Shown: positions 1-9,050, counted from the stretch's first letter. The stretch is 41,739 nt of DNA from an uncultured bacterium (GCA_965372715.1 CBDVDH010000033.1:1-41739); one strand, 5' to 3'. Program-made: numbers and translations. The notes: generated by a model not told the origin, from the sequence alone.

Positions 1-14
1 GACGACGCGAGCAA

Positions 15-797
15 ATGGAGCTTTTGGGTTTCAGTTTAAGGGAAGTCCAGCTTTTCTTTCTGGTGCTCTTCCGAACGCTGGGAGTTGTCGCGATCGCGCC
101 GATATTAGGCGGTCCGTTGGTTCATCGCTCGGTCAAGATCGGGCTTTCGATACTCATTGCCGTGCTTCTGTTCCCAGTAATCCCAATTGATGCGGTTGTA
201 ATACCCAGGAGTCTGATACAGCTCAGTATAGGTCTTTTGGGCGAGCTTGCCGTTGGGATAATAATAGGGTTTATTGCCCGGGCGGCTCTCACGGCGGTTG
301 AGATAGGGGCCCAGGTTGTCGCGATGCAGATGGGCCTTACCATGGCGAACGTCCTCGATCCGCAATCTGGGGCGCAGATGTCCGTTCTTGCTCTCTTCCA
401 GAGCATGCTCACGGTGCTCATCTTTGTTACGATCAACGCGCATCACTGGCTGCTCGAGGCGCTGGCTGAGAGCTTCCAAGTGGTGCAGCCGCTTGCGGTC
501 GTGGTACCGAAAGGCGTCGGGCTGATGGGCGTTAACATTATGCAGGGACTGTTCGTTGCGGCGATGAAGATCGCAGCGCCTGGCATCGTCATCCTTCTTA
601 TGGTTAGCATCCTCATGGGCGTCATCGCAAGGACGGTGCCGCAGATCAACATCCTCATCGTCGGGTTTCCCCTGAAGATCGGCGTGGGGCTCGTTGTGAT
701 TGGCGCCTCAATGATATACTTCACGGACGAGGTCGTTAAGCTTCTCGAGGCGATGCGGGGCGACCTGTCCGCGGCGATTTCACTATTTGGAGGATAG
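15..797 (+). CDS. fliR: Flagellar export protein FliR
   Basis: 260 aa polytopic membrane ORF with QMGLTMANVLDP and PQINILIVGFPLKI motifs; directly upstream of flhB. Confidence 0.95.
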   Translation: MELLGFSLREVQLFFLVLFRTLGVVAIAPILGGPLVHRSVKIGLSILIAVLLFPVIPIDAVVIPRSLIQLSIGLLGELAVGIIIGFIARAALTAVEIGAQVVAMQMGLTMANVLDPQSGAQMSVLALFQSMLTVLIFVTINAHHWLLEALAESFQVVQPLAVVVPKGVGLMGVNIMQGLFVAAMKIAAPGIVILLMVSILMGVIARTVPQINILIVGFPLKIGVGLVVIGASMIYFTDEVVKLLEAMRGDLSAAISLFGG

Positions 798-800
798 TGT

Positions 801-1910
801 TTGTCCAGCCCGAAAGGCGAAAAGACAGAGGAAGCGACCCCCAGGCGTCTGAAGAAGGCGAAAGAACGGGGCCAGGTCGCGAAGAGCAAGGAGTTCGCGT
901 CGGCACTTGTCCTTGGCACAGCGCTGCTCTATTTCTGGGTGATGGGCACGAGTTTCCTGTCGGTAGTCTCTAGGAACGTCAAGACCGGCCTTCTTTCGGT
1001 GTCCGGTCCCGGTGAATTCACGCTTTCGACAGTGCAGGTGCTCTTCAAAGGTATGGTCTCCTTGTTCGCCAGGGCCACATTGCCGTTTATGTTCTGTATA
1101 GTGATAATAGTGGTTATGGCAAACCTCCTCCAAGGCGGCTTTATCTTGACGGCCAAACCTCTGAAGCCGAAGCTCACTCGGCTCAATCCCATAAGCGGTC
1201 TGAAGAGGGTCTTTGGCTCGTTCAGGGCAGTTGCCGAGACCGCCACTAGCTCAATGAAGCTAATAGTCGTTGCGCTCATCGGCTATGTGACAATAGGGCC
1301 GGAGCTTCAGAAGATACCGGTGCTCTTCAACCAGTCGGTGCTGGGAACGCTTGTCTATTTGGGCCAGCTGGCTTTCACGCTCCTGGTTCGGGTCTTCATA
1401 TTTCTGATGATTCTGGCACTTTTTGATTTCTTCTATCGCAAATACGAGCACAAGAAGAGCCTCAAGATGACCAAGCAGGAGGTGAAGGATGAGTTCAAGG
1501 AGATCGAGGGCGATCCACTGGTCAGGAGACGAATAAGGCAGAGGCAGTACGAGATGGCGCGACGCCGCATGATGAGTGATGTGCCAAAGGCGGACATCGT
1601 GATTACGAATCCAACGAGAATCGCTGTCGCGCTCAACTACATGGAGGCGGATGTTCCGGCGCCGGTTGTGGTTGCCAAAGGCGCCGGCGCAATGGCGCAA
1701 AGGATCATCTCGATTGCTGTTGACAATGACGTGCCGGTCGTTGATAACAGGCCCTTGGCGCAGGTTCTGTTCAACACCGTTGAGGTTGGCGAGATCATTC
1801 CTGAATCGCTCTACAAAGCGGTTGCAGAGGTGCTCGCTTATGTTTATAGACTTAAGAGTAGGTCGAGGCAGGCGGCGCAACGTGAGCAATCGGCGGCTCG
1901 CGCCTCATAA
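801..1910 (+). CDS. flhB: Flagellar export protein FlhB
   Basis: EKTEEATPRRL N-terminus, KMTKQEVKDEFKEIEGDP, NPT autocleavage site; GGAGG at 789-793 before TTG. Confidence 0.96.
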   Translation: MSSPKGEKTEEATPRRLKKAKERGQVAKSKEFASALVLGTALLYFWVMGTSFLSVVSRNVKTGLLSVSGPGEFTLSTVQVLFKGMVSLFARATLPFMFCIVIIVVMANLLQGGFILTAKPLKPKLTRLNPISGLKRVFGSFRAVAETATSSMKLIVVALIGYVTIGPELQKIPVLFNQSVLGTLVYLGQLAFTLLVRVFIFLMILALFDFFYRKYEHKKSLKMTKQEVKDEFKEIEGDPLVRRRIRQRQYEMARRRMMSDVPKADIVITNPTRIAVALNYMEADVPAPVVVAKGAGAMAQRIISIAVDNDVPVVDNRPLAQVLFNTVEVGEIIPESLYKAVAEVLAYVYRLKSRSRQAAQREQSAARAS

Positions 1911-1955
1911 GCGGTGGCTGGACGAGGAATTGAACGAGGCTCGCGGGGGGTCTTA

Positions 1956-4034
1956 ATGCAGTTTCTGGAATCTTTAATCGGCAAATACTATACGAGGATA
2001 GTCAGGGCCCACAGTCACCTGGTTCTGCCGCTTGGCGTCATTGTGGGGATCGTCACCGTAGTTGTCCCGCTTCCGACCCCTGTTCTCGACCTTCTGATCA
2101 CGCTCAACATCACGCTATCCATAGTTATCCTGCTCGTCTCAATGTACATCGAGCACCCGACGAACTTCTCGGTCTTTCCGTCGATCCTTCTCCTCTCGAG
2201 CTTCTTCCGCTTGACGTTGAATATCGCCTCAACAAGGCTGATCCTGACCCAAGGGCACACGGGCGAAGCGGCCGCCGGACAAGTAATCAAGGCGTTTGGC
2301 CAGTTCGTGGCCCAGGGCGGTTTCGGGGTCGGGATCGTTCTGTTTCTGATCATAATCGCGGTCCAGTTTGTCGTTATCAACCACGGCGCGGTGCGGACCT
2401 CGGAGGTAACCGCCAGGTTCACGCTTGATGCGCTGCCGGGCAAGCAGATGAGCATAGACGCGGACCTTTCGGCCGGCATCATCGACGAGCGGGAGGCAAA
2501 GCAACGGAGGCAGGACCTGTCGGACGAGGCGGAGTTCTATGGCGCGATGGACGGCGCGATCCGGTTTACGGCCCGGGACGCCTTGGCGGCGCTGATGATC
2601 ACGATCATCGACATCGTCGCTGGGCTCATAATCGGGGTCGCTTCCAAGGGGAAGCCAATCGGCTGGGCGGCCGAGAACTACACCATCTTGACGGTGGGCG
2701 ACGGCTTGGTCAGCGCGATTCCCGCGCTTTTTATCTCGATCGCCGGTGGCATAATAGCGACGCGGGCGGCGGCCAAGGCCAACTTGGGCGAGGAGATCAC
2801 CACTCAGGTATTGTATGACCATAGGCCCTGGTTCATATCGTCGGCGGCGCTTGTTGGCTTTGCGTTGGTGCCAGGCTTGCCGGGCATACCTTTTGCCACG
2901 TTCGGCCTCCTGGCCGGGGGATTGGCATACGTGATATACCGTCAGAAGGCGATTGAGGCCAGACGGATTGAGGAGAGAACCCCTGAGGTGAAGCCACCCG
3001 AACGGATCGAGACGCTGATGCGCCTAGACCCGTTGGAGCTCGAGGTCGGCTACGGTTTGATACGGCTGGTTGACGAAGCTCAGGGCGGCGATCTGCTGTC
3101 TCGGATCAAGGCCATTCGGCGACAGTTCGCCCTTGATCTTGGCCTGGTCGTTCCTCCGGTGAGGATAAGGGACAACCTGGAGCTTGCGCCGAACGAGTAT
3201 AGTATCCTTCTCAGGGGGAGCGATGTCGGCGGTTCAAAGGTGCTGATCGACCATTATTTGGCGATGAACCCGGGCACCGTAGTCGAGGAGATCGAGGGGA
3301 TGGAGACAGTCGAGCCCACTTTCGGCCTTCCGGCCCTCTGGATAGCCGAGGAGCAGCGCGAAGGCGCGCAACTGTCGGGTTATACGGTGGTCGATACCTC
3401 CACCATCATAGCGACGCACATCTCTGAGATAATAAAGTCCCACGCCGACGAGCTCCTGACGCGACAGGATGTTCAGAACCTACTCGACCAGGTCACCGAG
3501 ACGCATCCGAAACTTGTTGAAGAGATAGGCGCAAGTAACGCTGGCCTGGGACTTCTTCTGACGGTCTTGAAGGGCCTCTTGAGGGAGCGAGTCTCGATAC
3601 GCGATAGGGTTTCCATTCTTGAGGGAATCGCCGACGCGCTCACTATGACAAGAGATGCCGCCATGATAGTTGAGCTGGTCAGGGTCAAGCTGGGTAGAAT
3701 GATCTGCATGCGGTATCGCACGCCCGAGGGCGAGCTGCCAGTGGTCGCCGTCTCGCCGGAGATCGAGCAGGTTATCAGCGATGCCGTGCATAAAGGTGAG
3801 CAGACGTCGTTCCTTGCCCTTGAGCCGACGGTTGCGGAGCAGCTGATCGCAAAGGTCCGTGAAACGATCGATGGCATCTCAGGCGACCTCGTTCCTGTCG
3901 TGTTGTGCTCAACGAGTGTCAGACGGCATCTACGGTATCTTATTGAGCGCTTCGTACCAAACGTTGTAGTATTATCTCACAATGAGATACCGACCGATCT
4001 CAAGATACAGTCTCTGGGCATTATCTCTTTGTAG
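1956..4034 (+). CDS. flhA: Flagellar export gate protein FlhA (alternative GTG start at 1914)
   Basis: FHIPEP motifs EVTARFTLDALPGKQMSIDADL and FYGAMDGA, then LEVGYGLI. Confidence 0.96.
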   Translation: MQFLESLIGKYYTRIVRAHSHLVLPLGVIVGIVTVVVPLPTPVLDLLITLNITLSIVILLVSMYIEHPTNFSVFPSILLLSSFFRLTLNIASTRLILTQGHTGEAAAGQVIKAFGQFVAQGGFGVGIVLFLIIIAVQFVVINHGAVRTSEVTARFTLDALPGKQMSIDADLSAGIIDEREAKQRRQDLSDEAEFYGAMDGAIRFTARDALAALMITIIDIVAGLIIGVASKGKPIGWAAENYTILTVGDGLVSAIPALFISIAGGIIATRAAAKANLGEEITTQVLYDHRPWFISSAALVGFALVPGLPGIPFATFGLLAGGLAYVIYRQKAIEARRIEERTPEVKPPERIETLMRLDPLELEVGYGLIRLVDEAQGGDLLSRIKAIRRQFALDLGLVVPPVRIRDNLELAPNEYSILLRGSDVGGSKVLIDHYLAMNPGTVVEEIEGMETVEPTFGLPALWIAEEQREGAQLSGYTVVDTSTIIATHISEIIKSHADELLTRQDVQNLLDQVTETHPKLVEEIGASNAGLGLLLTVLKGLLRERVSIRDRVSILEGIADALTMTRDAAMIVELVRVKLGRMICMRYRTPEGELPVVAVSPEIEQVISDAVHKGEQTSFLALEPTVAEQLIAKVRETIDGISGDLVPVVLCSTSVRRHLRYLIERFVPNVVVLSHNEIPTDLKIQSLGIISL

Positions 4035-4043
4035 ATGCAACCA

Positions 4044-4099
4044 TCGCCATAGTAGCCTGCTTGTCCGCCATAACCCTGGCGGCGGCTACGTCGGCTGAA
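4044..4099 (+). repeat. Palindromic repeat family A with a family C copy (4060-4086) nested in its loop
   Basis: Arms TCGCCATAGTAGC (4044-4056) and GCTACGTCGGCTGAA (4085-4099) match 11305-11340; the loop contains CTTGTCCGCCATAACCCTGGCGGCGGC. Confidence 0.8.
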
Positions 4100-4113
4100 A
4101 GGGAGCGACTATT

Positions 4114-5424
4114 TTGCGCGTCAGGCGATACGAGGCCGAGAACATGAAAACGGCCCTCAGGAATATCCGGGACGAGCTCGGGCCCAACGCTTTCGTTCTC
4201 TCGACACGTCGCATCAATAGAAAGGACAAGTTCGGCAGACTGAAGACACTCATTGAGGTGAGCGCAGCCTCCGACGTGGTGCAGGTGAGTAACTCCAAGC
4301 AAGATGCGGCGCCCGTCGGGGCGGGTTCAGCCGACGGAGCCAGGGCTTTCAGCCGCCGTAGCTCTTCGAGCTACTATGGCGAAGGAGGCGCTATGGCGAA
4401 GTCCGCTCGAGACTCCGACATGGTCGGCTCGCTCCAGAGTCAGGTCGATCAGCTCAAAAGCGAGCTTGCGTTATTGGGGGGACAACATCCGGCGCAGGCG
4501 ATCGAGAGTATCAAGGAAGAGATAGTTGAACTAAAGGATTTGGTTGAGTTCGCAACGGATCAATGGGCAGAGCAGACCGTCAATGACTATGGCCCGATTT
4601 TGGGCGCGCTGTTTCGCCGGTTGAAGCGCTCGGATGTCGATCACAGGTTGGCGACGAAACTGATTGCGATAACGTCAAGGGAGCTTGCGAAGTGCCCAAA
4701 GATCGACGAAAAGGAATCGCTCAAGGTGCTCTTTGACGTGATGAAGCGCCAGACGCTGGTATCGGGGTCGATAGAGCTTCTAGAATCAGGTCCTAAAACC
4801 GTTGTCCTTATCGGCCCGACCGGTGTTGGCAAGACGACTACGCTTGCCAAAATCGCCGCCCAATACTCTATGTTCAGAAAGAAGAAGGTCGGTCTCTTAA
4901 CGATAGACACGTTCCGAATAGGGGCAGTAGAGCAGCTCAGGACCTACGCGAACATCCTCGAGCTGCCCCTCAAGGTCGCCAACACCCCGGAACAGATGCG
5001 GAAGTTCGTTTCGGATTACAGCGGCATGGACCTTGTGCTCATCGACACGGGTGGGAGAAGCCAAAAGGACAAGGCTAAGATGGCGGAGCTATTAAACTTC
5101 GTCGGTGGGCGCGACGATATGTATTACCAAGTGCATCTGCTCTTGAGCGGCGCAACGAAGAATAGGGACTTGGTGGAAATCACTCGAGAGTTTGGAAAGG
5201 TGCCTACGGATTATGTCATCTTCACCAAGCTCGACGAGTGCAATAGCTTCGGTGGGATACTAAATGAGATTCTGTGGACGCAGAAGCCGGCCAGTTATCT
5301 CACGACAGGCCAGAGCGTCCCCGATGATATTGAGGTGGCTGAGGCGGGTCGTATTGTGGAACTCATTCTGACAAGTACTTTCCAAAAGAAGGTGTCCGGC
5401 GCCTTGGGTAAGAGGGCCAAGTGA
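4114..5424 (+). CDS. flhF: Flagellar SRP-family GTPase FlhF
   Basis: GPTGVGKTTTLAK, DTFRIGAVEQL, DTGG, TKLDE, GQSVPDDI. Confidence 0.96.
   Translation: MRVRRYEAENMKTALRNIRDELGPNAFVLSTRRINRKDKFGRLKTLIEVSAASDVVQVSNSKQDAAPVGAGSADGARAFSRRSSSSYYGEGGAMAKSARDSDMVGSLQSQVDQLKSELALLGGQHPAQAIESIKEEIVELKDLVEFATDQWAEQTVNDYGPILGALFRRLKRSDVDHRLATKLIAITSRELAKCPKIDEKESLKVLFDVMKRQTLVSGSIELLESGPKTVVLIGPTGVGKTTTLAKIAAQYSMFRKKKVGLLTIDTFRIGAVEQLRTYANILELPLKVANTPEQMRKFVSDYSGMDLVLIDTGGRSQKDKAKMAELLNFVGGRDDMYYQVHLLLSGATKNRDLVEITREFGKVPTDYVIFTKLDECNSFGGILNEILWTQKPASYLTTGQSVPDDIEVAEAGRIVELILTSTFQKKVSGALGKRAK
4326..4403 (-). repeat. Nested pair of family A repeats in frame inside flhF
   Basis: Outer arms TTCAGCCGACGGAGC ... 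CTATGGCGAAGTC enclose inner TTCAGCCGCCGTAGC-TCTTCGA-GCTACTATGGCGAAG; reverse complement of the 11305-11340 element. Confidence 0.8.
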
Positions 5425-6374
5425 CGAACGACCAGGCCCTCAAGCTGCGTCAACTTGTGGCGCACGAGCGTCGAAAGTCCGCGGCGCACGACACGAGCTT
5501 AGCCATCGGGCCTATTGCCGGAGCGCTTGTGGCGGAGCGGGCAGAACGCCCCGGCGCAAGGGTGATAGCGGTAACAAGCGGGAAGGGCGGCGTCGGCAAG
5601 ACAGTTATTACGGCGAATCTGGCGGTTTCGTACGCAATTTCTGGCAAGCGAGTGATGCTGCTTGATGCGGATTTCGGTCTGGCGAATCTCGACGTTGTGT
5701 TAGGGCTCTCGGCCGAGAGAAACATCCGCGACGTCGTTTCTGGGGAAGCCACCATCGGGGATATTATCATTGAAGGCCCGGAAGGACTGAGGCTGGTTCC
5801 GGCGGGGTCTGGGATACGCGAGCTAGCCGACCTCACACAATCGCAGGTCACGGGCCTTTTGGATGAGGTGCTCGGCTATGATGAGCAAGTTGATGTGTTC
5901 TTAATAGACACTGCGGCGGGGATAGCCGCGGGCGTCGCAGGCATTCTTCTGTCGGCTGGCGAAGTTATCATCGTGGCTGAACCAGAACCGACTGCGGTGC
6001 TCGACGCTTACGCGGTCATCAAGACCCTTGTGTCCCGTCGGCCCGACGCAAGCGTTTACGTGGTGGCCAACTGTGTCGTTTCCGATGAGCAGGGACTGAC
6101 TGTTTTCAAGAATCTGCAGACGGTTGCAGAGAGGTTCCTGGACAAACAGCTCGTTTACTTAGGGTCGGTCCCGCTTGATCCGCGTCTCAAAGATGCGGTT
6201 AAGATCCGCAAGCCGAGCCTGACTGAGTTTCCCAACTCCCAATTCAGCATCGCGATACGCAAACTGGCACGGACGATCGACCGTCTTGACAACAATGAAG
6301 ACCAGCTCAGAGGCGGGATATCGGGCTTTTTCAGTCGTATGCTTAGTGGAGGCGCCGATGAGTGCACCCGATAA
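5421..6374 (+). CDS. flhG: MinD/ParA-family flagellar ATPase FlhG (FleN)
   Basis: SGKGGVGKT deviant Walker A, DADFGLANLD, DTAAGI, PEPTAVLDAYA; overlaps the flhF stop. Confidence 0.93.
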   Translation: MTNDQALKLRQLVAHERRKSAAHDTSLAIGPIAGALVAERAERPGARVIAVTSGKGGVGKTVITANLAVSYAISGKRVMLLDADFGLANLDVVLGLSAERNIRDVVSGEATIGDIIIEGPEGLRLVPAGSGIRELADLTQSQVTGLLDEVLGYDEQVDVFLIDTAAGIAAGVAGILLSAGEVIIVAEPEPTAVLDAYAVIKTLVSRRPDASVYVVANCVVSDEQGLTVFKNLQTVAERFLDKQLVYLGSVPLDPRLKDAVKIRKPSLTEFPNSQFSIAIRKLARTIDRLDNNEDQLRGGISGFFSRMLSGGADECTR

Positions 6375-6732
6375 TGAGAGGCTGGAAACTGAAGGACCGC
6401 GGGATTGGTCGCGCGGGAGGCCGCCGATTAGGCTAGCTCAGGGCAGGATGGGTGCACTGTTGGCGGCGGTTGCGGGGCTGATCGTTCTTGTGTTTTCCAT
6501 CTCCCAGCAAAGAAGCGTTATCGAGCTCTGCCGTTCGCTGGTAACGTCGATTCTGATCTTTTGGCTCCTTGGATGGTGCTGTGCATTTGCCATGAACTGG
6601 CATTTTCGCTCAGCTTACAGACGGCTGGCGGCAATTGAGCGAAAGAAGGTTGCCGAAGCGGAAGATGCGAAGGCTAACCACGCGCGCTCTGAAGACAACG
6701 TGGTTGACGAAAACCAGACTAGTCCTGCATAG
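6358..6732 (+). CDS. Small two-TM protein, FlgV-like by position
   Basis: ATG 6358 with GGAGG at 6348-6352; two hydrophobic helices and a charged tail; lies between flhG and fliM. Confidence 0.7.
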   Translation: MSAPDNERLETEGPRDWSRGRPPIRLAQGRMGALLAAVAGLIVLVFSISQQRSVIELCRSLVTSILIFWLLGWCCAFAMNWHFRSAYRRLAAIERKKVAEAEDAKANHARSEDNVVDENQTSPA

Positions 6733-6769
6733 TGTTGCGCAAGAGCACGAAACATAGGGATATTTAAGA

Positions 6770-7837
6770 ATGCCTCGGTTGTTGTCGCAGGAAGAGATTG
6801 ATGCGCTTCTTACGCAGGCCCCGGAAGATCTAGCGGGGGACCAAGCCGGGCTACAGGGCGCGGATGGGAAGTCCGGCAAAAAAGCGCAGCTTTACGACTT
6901 CAAGCGCCCCGATCGGCTTTCAAAGGATAACATCCGTTCGCTGCACCTCATCCACGATAGGTTTGCGAGAAGCTGCTCCGCGTCATTTTCGGCCTATCTG
7001 AGGACGATGTCCGAGGTCAACTTGGTCTCCGTTGACCAGTTCACGTATTTTGAGTTCTTGATGTCTCTGCCTGACCCCACGTGCCTGAGTGTGCTTAGCA
7101 TGGCGCCTCTTGAGGGTAACGCGGCGCTCGAGATCAACCCCTCAATCGTCTTTCCCATAATAGATAAGCTCCTGGGTGGGCCCGGGCAGCCACTTGCTGA
7201 GATACGCGAGATAAGTGACATCGAATACAGGATAATAGATGGCGTGATCAAGCGCGCGCTACAAGACCTGCAAGAGGCGTGGGCTCAGGCAATTGACGTT
7301 AAGATAGTAGTGGTTGAAAGCGAGACTAGCCCACAGATGATTCAGATAGCCGCTCCTAATGAGCCGGTAGTCTTGGTGACGTTCGAGATCAAGTTCTCTG
7401 AACTGTCGGGGATGATGAACCTTTGCGTCCCATCTAGGATGCTTGAGCCAGAGATCCATCGATTCACGCAGGATTGGTATTCTGTCTCTGCCTCAAGTCG
7501 TCCGGAGGAGGTCGGACTATGGATTGATGAGCTGCTGAATGAAATCCTTCTGCCGGTTACGGTTTCCTTGGGTAAGAGCAAGCTCGTAGTCAAGGACGTG
7601 GTCGATCTTGAGGAGGGGGACGTTGTGATTCTTGAGAACCGCACATATACTCCTTTGACAGTTGAGGTCAACGGGGTGCCGAAGTTCATTGCGTCGGTTG
7701 GGGAGCATGCCCACAAGAGAGCGGTTAAGATAGTCTCGAGAATCGAGAGGCGCAGATTGCCCCCGTCTGAGGCCTCGGGAATGGCGAAATCGGGGACGTC
7801 GGCAAAGAGCAAGGAACAGCCTGAATCCGCCGATTGA
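6770..7837 (+). CDS. fliM: Flagellar motor switch protein FliM
   Basis: LSQEEIDALL CheY-binding peptide, YDFKRPDRLSK, DKLLGGPG, C-terminal SpoA domain. Confidence 0.96.
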   Translation: MPRLLSQEEIDALLTQAPEDLAGDQAGLQGADGKSGKKAQLYDFKRPDRLSKDNIRSLHLIHDRFARSCSASFSAYLRTMSEVNLVSVDQFTYFEFLMSLPDPTCLSVLSMAPLEGNAALEINPSIVFPIIDKLLGGPGQPLAEIREISDIEYRIIDGVIKRALQDLQEAWAQAIDVKIVVVESETSPQMIQIAAPNEPVVLVTFEIKFSELSGMMNLCVPSRMLEPEIHRFTQDWYSVSASSRPEEVGLWIDELLNEILLPVTVSLGKSKLVVKDVVDLEEGDVVILENRTYTPLTVEVNGVPKFIASVGEHAHKRAVKIVSRIERRRLPPSEASGMAKSGTSAKSKEQPESAD

Positions 7838-7906
7838 AAGACACTTGACGAGAATGTCGAGAATGTGATGATCAATGGGAGCAAAGATAGCAGGCTCTGT
7901 TTGAGA

Positions 7907-7946
7907 GCAGACTTCGTTCGCCGCCTGGCGAACTATGTCGGCTGAA
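7907..7946 (+). repeat. Palindromic repeat family B (40 bp)
   Basis: GCAGACTTC-GTTCGCC-GCCT-GGCGAAC-TATGTCGGCTGAA; matches copies at 17317, 22173 and 32365. Confidence 0.85.
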
Positions 7947-7978
7947 CTGGAGCAGCGGAAGGGCGCCTCGCGGCGCCG

Positions 7979-9013
7979 ATGGGACTTGAAATGACCGAAG
8001 ATGCAGCGTTCTTGACGTTGCCATTAGCGCCGGAAGGAGAGCTTGGGCCACAGTATAATGTGATTTCTGGCGTCTTCCAGAAGCTGCCGGATGTGCTCAA
8101 GGAGACGCTTGGCATAATACTGGGCGCAGAGATAGAGGTCTCGGAGCCCAAGATGGCTTCTTTCTCGAAGGAAGAATTCGCTGCCGCCATCGACCCGGCG
8201 GCCATGTGCCTCGTCCATACAACCTTCTCCGAGGGGATTGAAGGGGCTTCGTTCTTAATTGCCAAGAATGACACAGCAAAAGTTCTGGTCGAGATCATTC
8301 TTGGCGCGCCTTTAGAGGGTGAGGACGAAGGGCTTTCTGCCGATTCGATGGACGCATTTCTTAAGCTGGTCAACCAGATATGCGGGAAGGTGAACCTGAG
8401 CTTCTCGGAGGTTGTGGGAAGCACAGTCAGCACGGGCACGTTCACCGCATTTGACAAGGAATCTCAAGAGCTATCGGAGTTGATTCCTGATGGTGACGCG
8501 TTCTGCGCGGAGCTCGGAGTCTCCGCGGCCGATAAGCTTGAAGGGGCCGTTTTCTTTCTCTATTCAGCGTCCGCTGTTGAACAGCTCGCCGCCGCTTCTG
8601 AGGCGCCTGAAGGACCTTCGATGGACGATACAATCGTCGAGAGCCAGGCCGAGGAACCGGAGGCCCCAGCGCCCAGGCTAGAGTCGGAACCCTCCGAGGT
8701 CGCGGCAGAGGCCGACTTGTCCGCCCTAGCGTCAGCGGAGGCGGAGACGGATGAGCGGCTCAAGGTCATCATGGATATGGAGATGCCTGTCCACGTCAGA
8801 TTCGGCGAGACGCAGATGCACATAAAGGACCTTCTCCAGCTCGGCGCCGGCTCGATCATAGAGCTTAACAAGTCCGTCGATGCACCGGTCGAACTCGTCG
8901 TGAACGAGGACCTCGTCATCGCCGAGGGCGAGGTCGTTGTGGTCGAATCGAACTTCGCTATTCGCATAACTGGGGTTAAGAGTAAGGCCTATCGCATCAA
9001 GGGCCTCGGGTAG
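7979..9013 (+). CDS. fliY: FliY-like switch protein (CheC-like domain plus FliN/SpoA domain); start may be 7991
   Basis: C-terminal FliN domain (VRFGETQMHIKDLLQLGAGSIIEL, IAEGEVVVV), N-terminal CheC-like region and acidic linker; follows fliM. Confidence 0.85.
   Translation: MGLEMTEDAAFLTLPLAPEGELGPQYNVISGVFQKLPDVLKETLGIILGAEIEVSEPKMASFSKEEFAAAIDPAAMCLVHTTFSEGIEGASFLIAKNDTAKVLVEIILGAPLEGEDEGLSADSMDAFLKLVNQICGKVNLSFSEVVGSTVSTGTFTAFDKESQELSELIPDGDAFCAELGVSAADKLEGAVFFLYSASAVEQLAAASEAPEGPSMDDTIVESQAEEPEAPAPRLESEPSEVAAEADLSALASAEAETDERLKVIMDMEMPVHVRFGETQMHIKDLLQLGAGSIIELNKSVDAPVELVVNEDLVIAEGEVVVVESNFAIRITGVKSKAYRIKGLG
8716..8750 (+). repeat. Palindromic repeat family C in frame inside the fliY linker
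   Basis: CTTGTCCGCCCTAGCGTCAGCGGAGGCGGAGACGG; 31/35 identical to 9016-9050. Confidence 0.8.
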
Positions 9014-9015
9014 GG

Positions 9016-9050
9016 CTTGTCCGCCATAGCTTCAGCGGAGGTGGAGATGG
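9016..9050 (+). repeat. Palindromic repeat family C overlapping the helicase start
   Basis: CTTGTCCGCCATAGCTTCAGCGGAGGTGGAGATGG; contains GGAGG (9037-9041) and ATG (9047). Confidence 0.8.

Noticed and set aside
6286-6357. Upstream TTG start for the small membrane ORF
   Set aside because: It would overlap flhG by 89 bp; ATG 6358 has a clear GGAGG
7781-7806. ATGGCGAAATC and ACGTCGGCAAA in the fliM tail resembling family A arms
   Set aside because: Matches are short and their relative orientation does not fit the element; possible relic but unsupported
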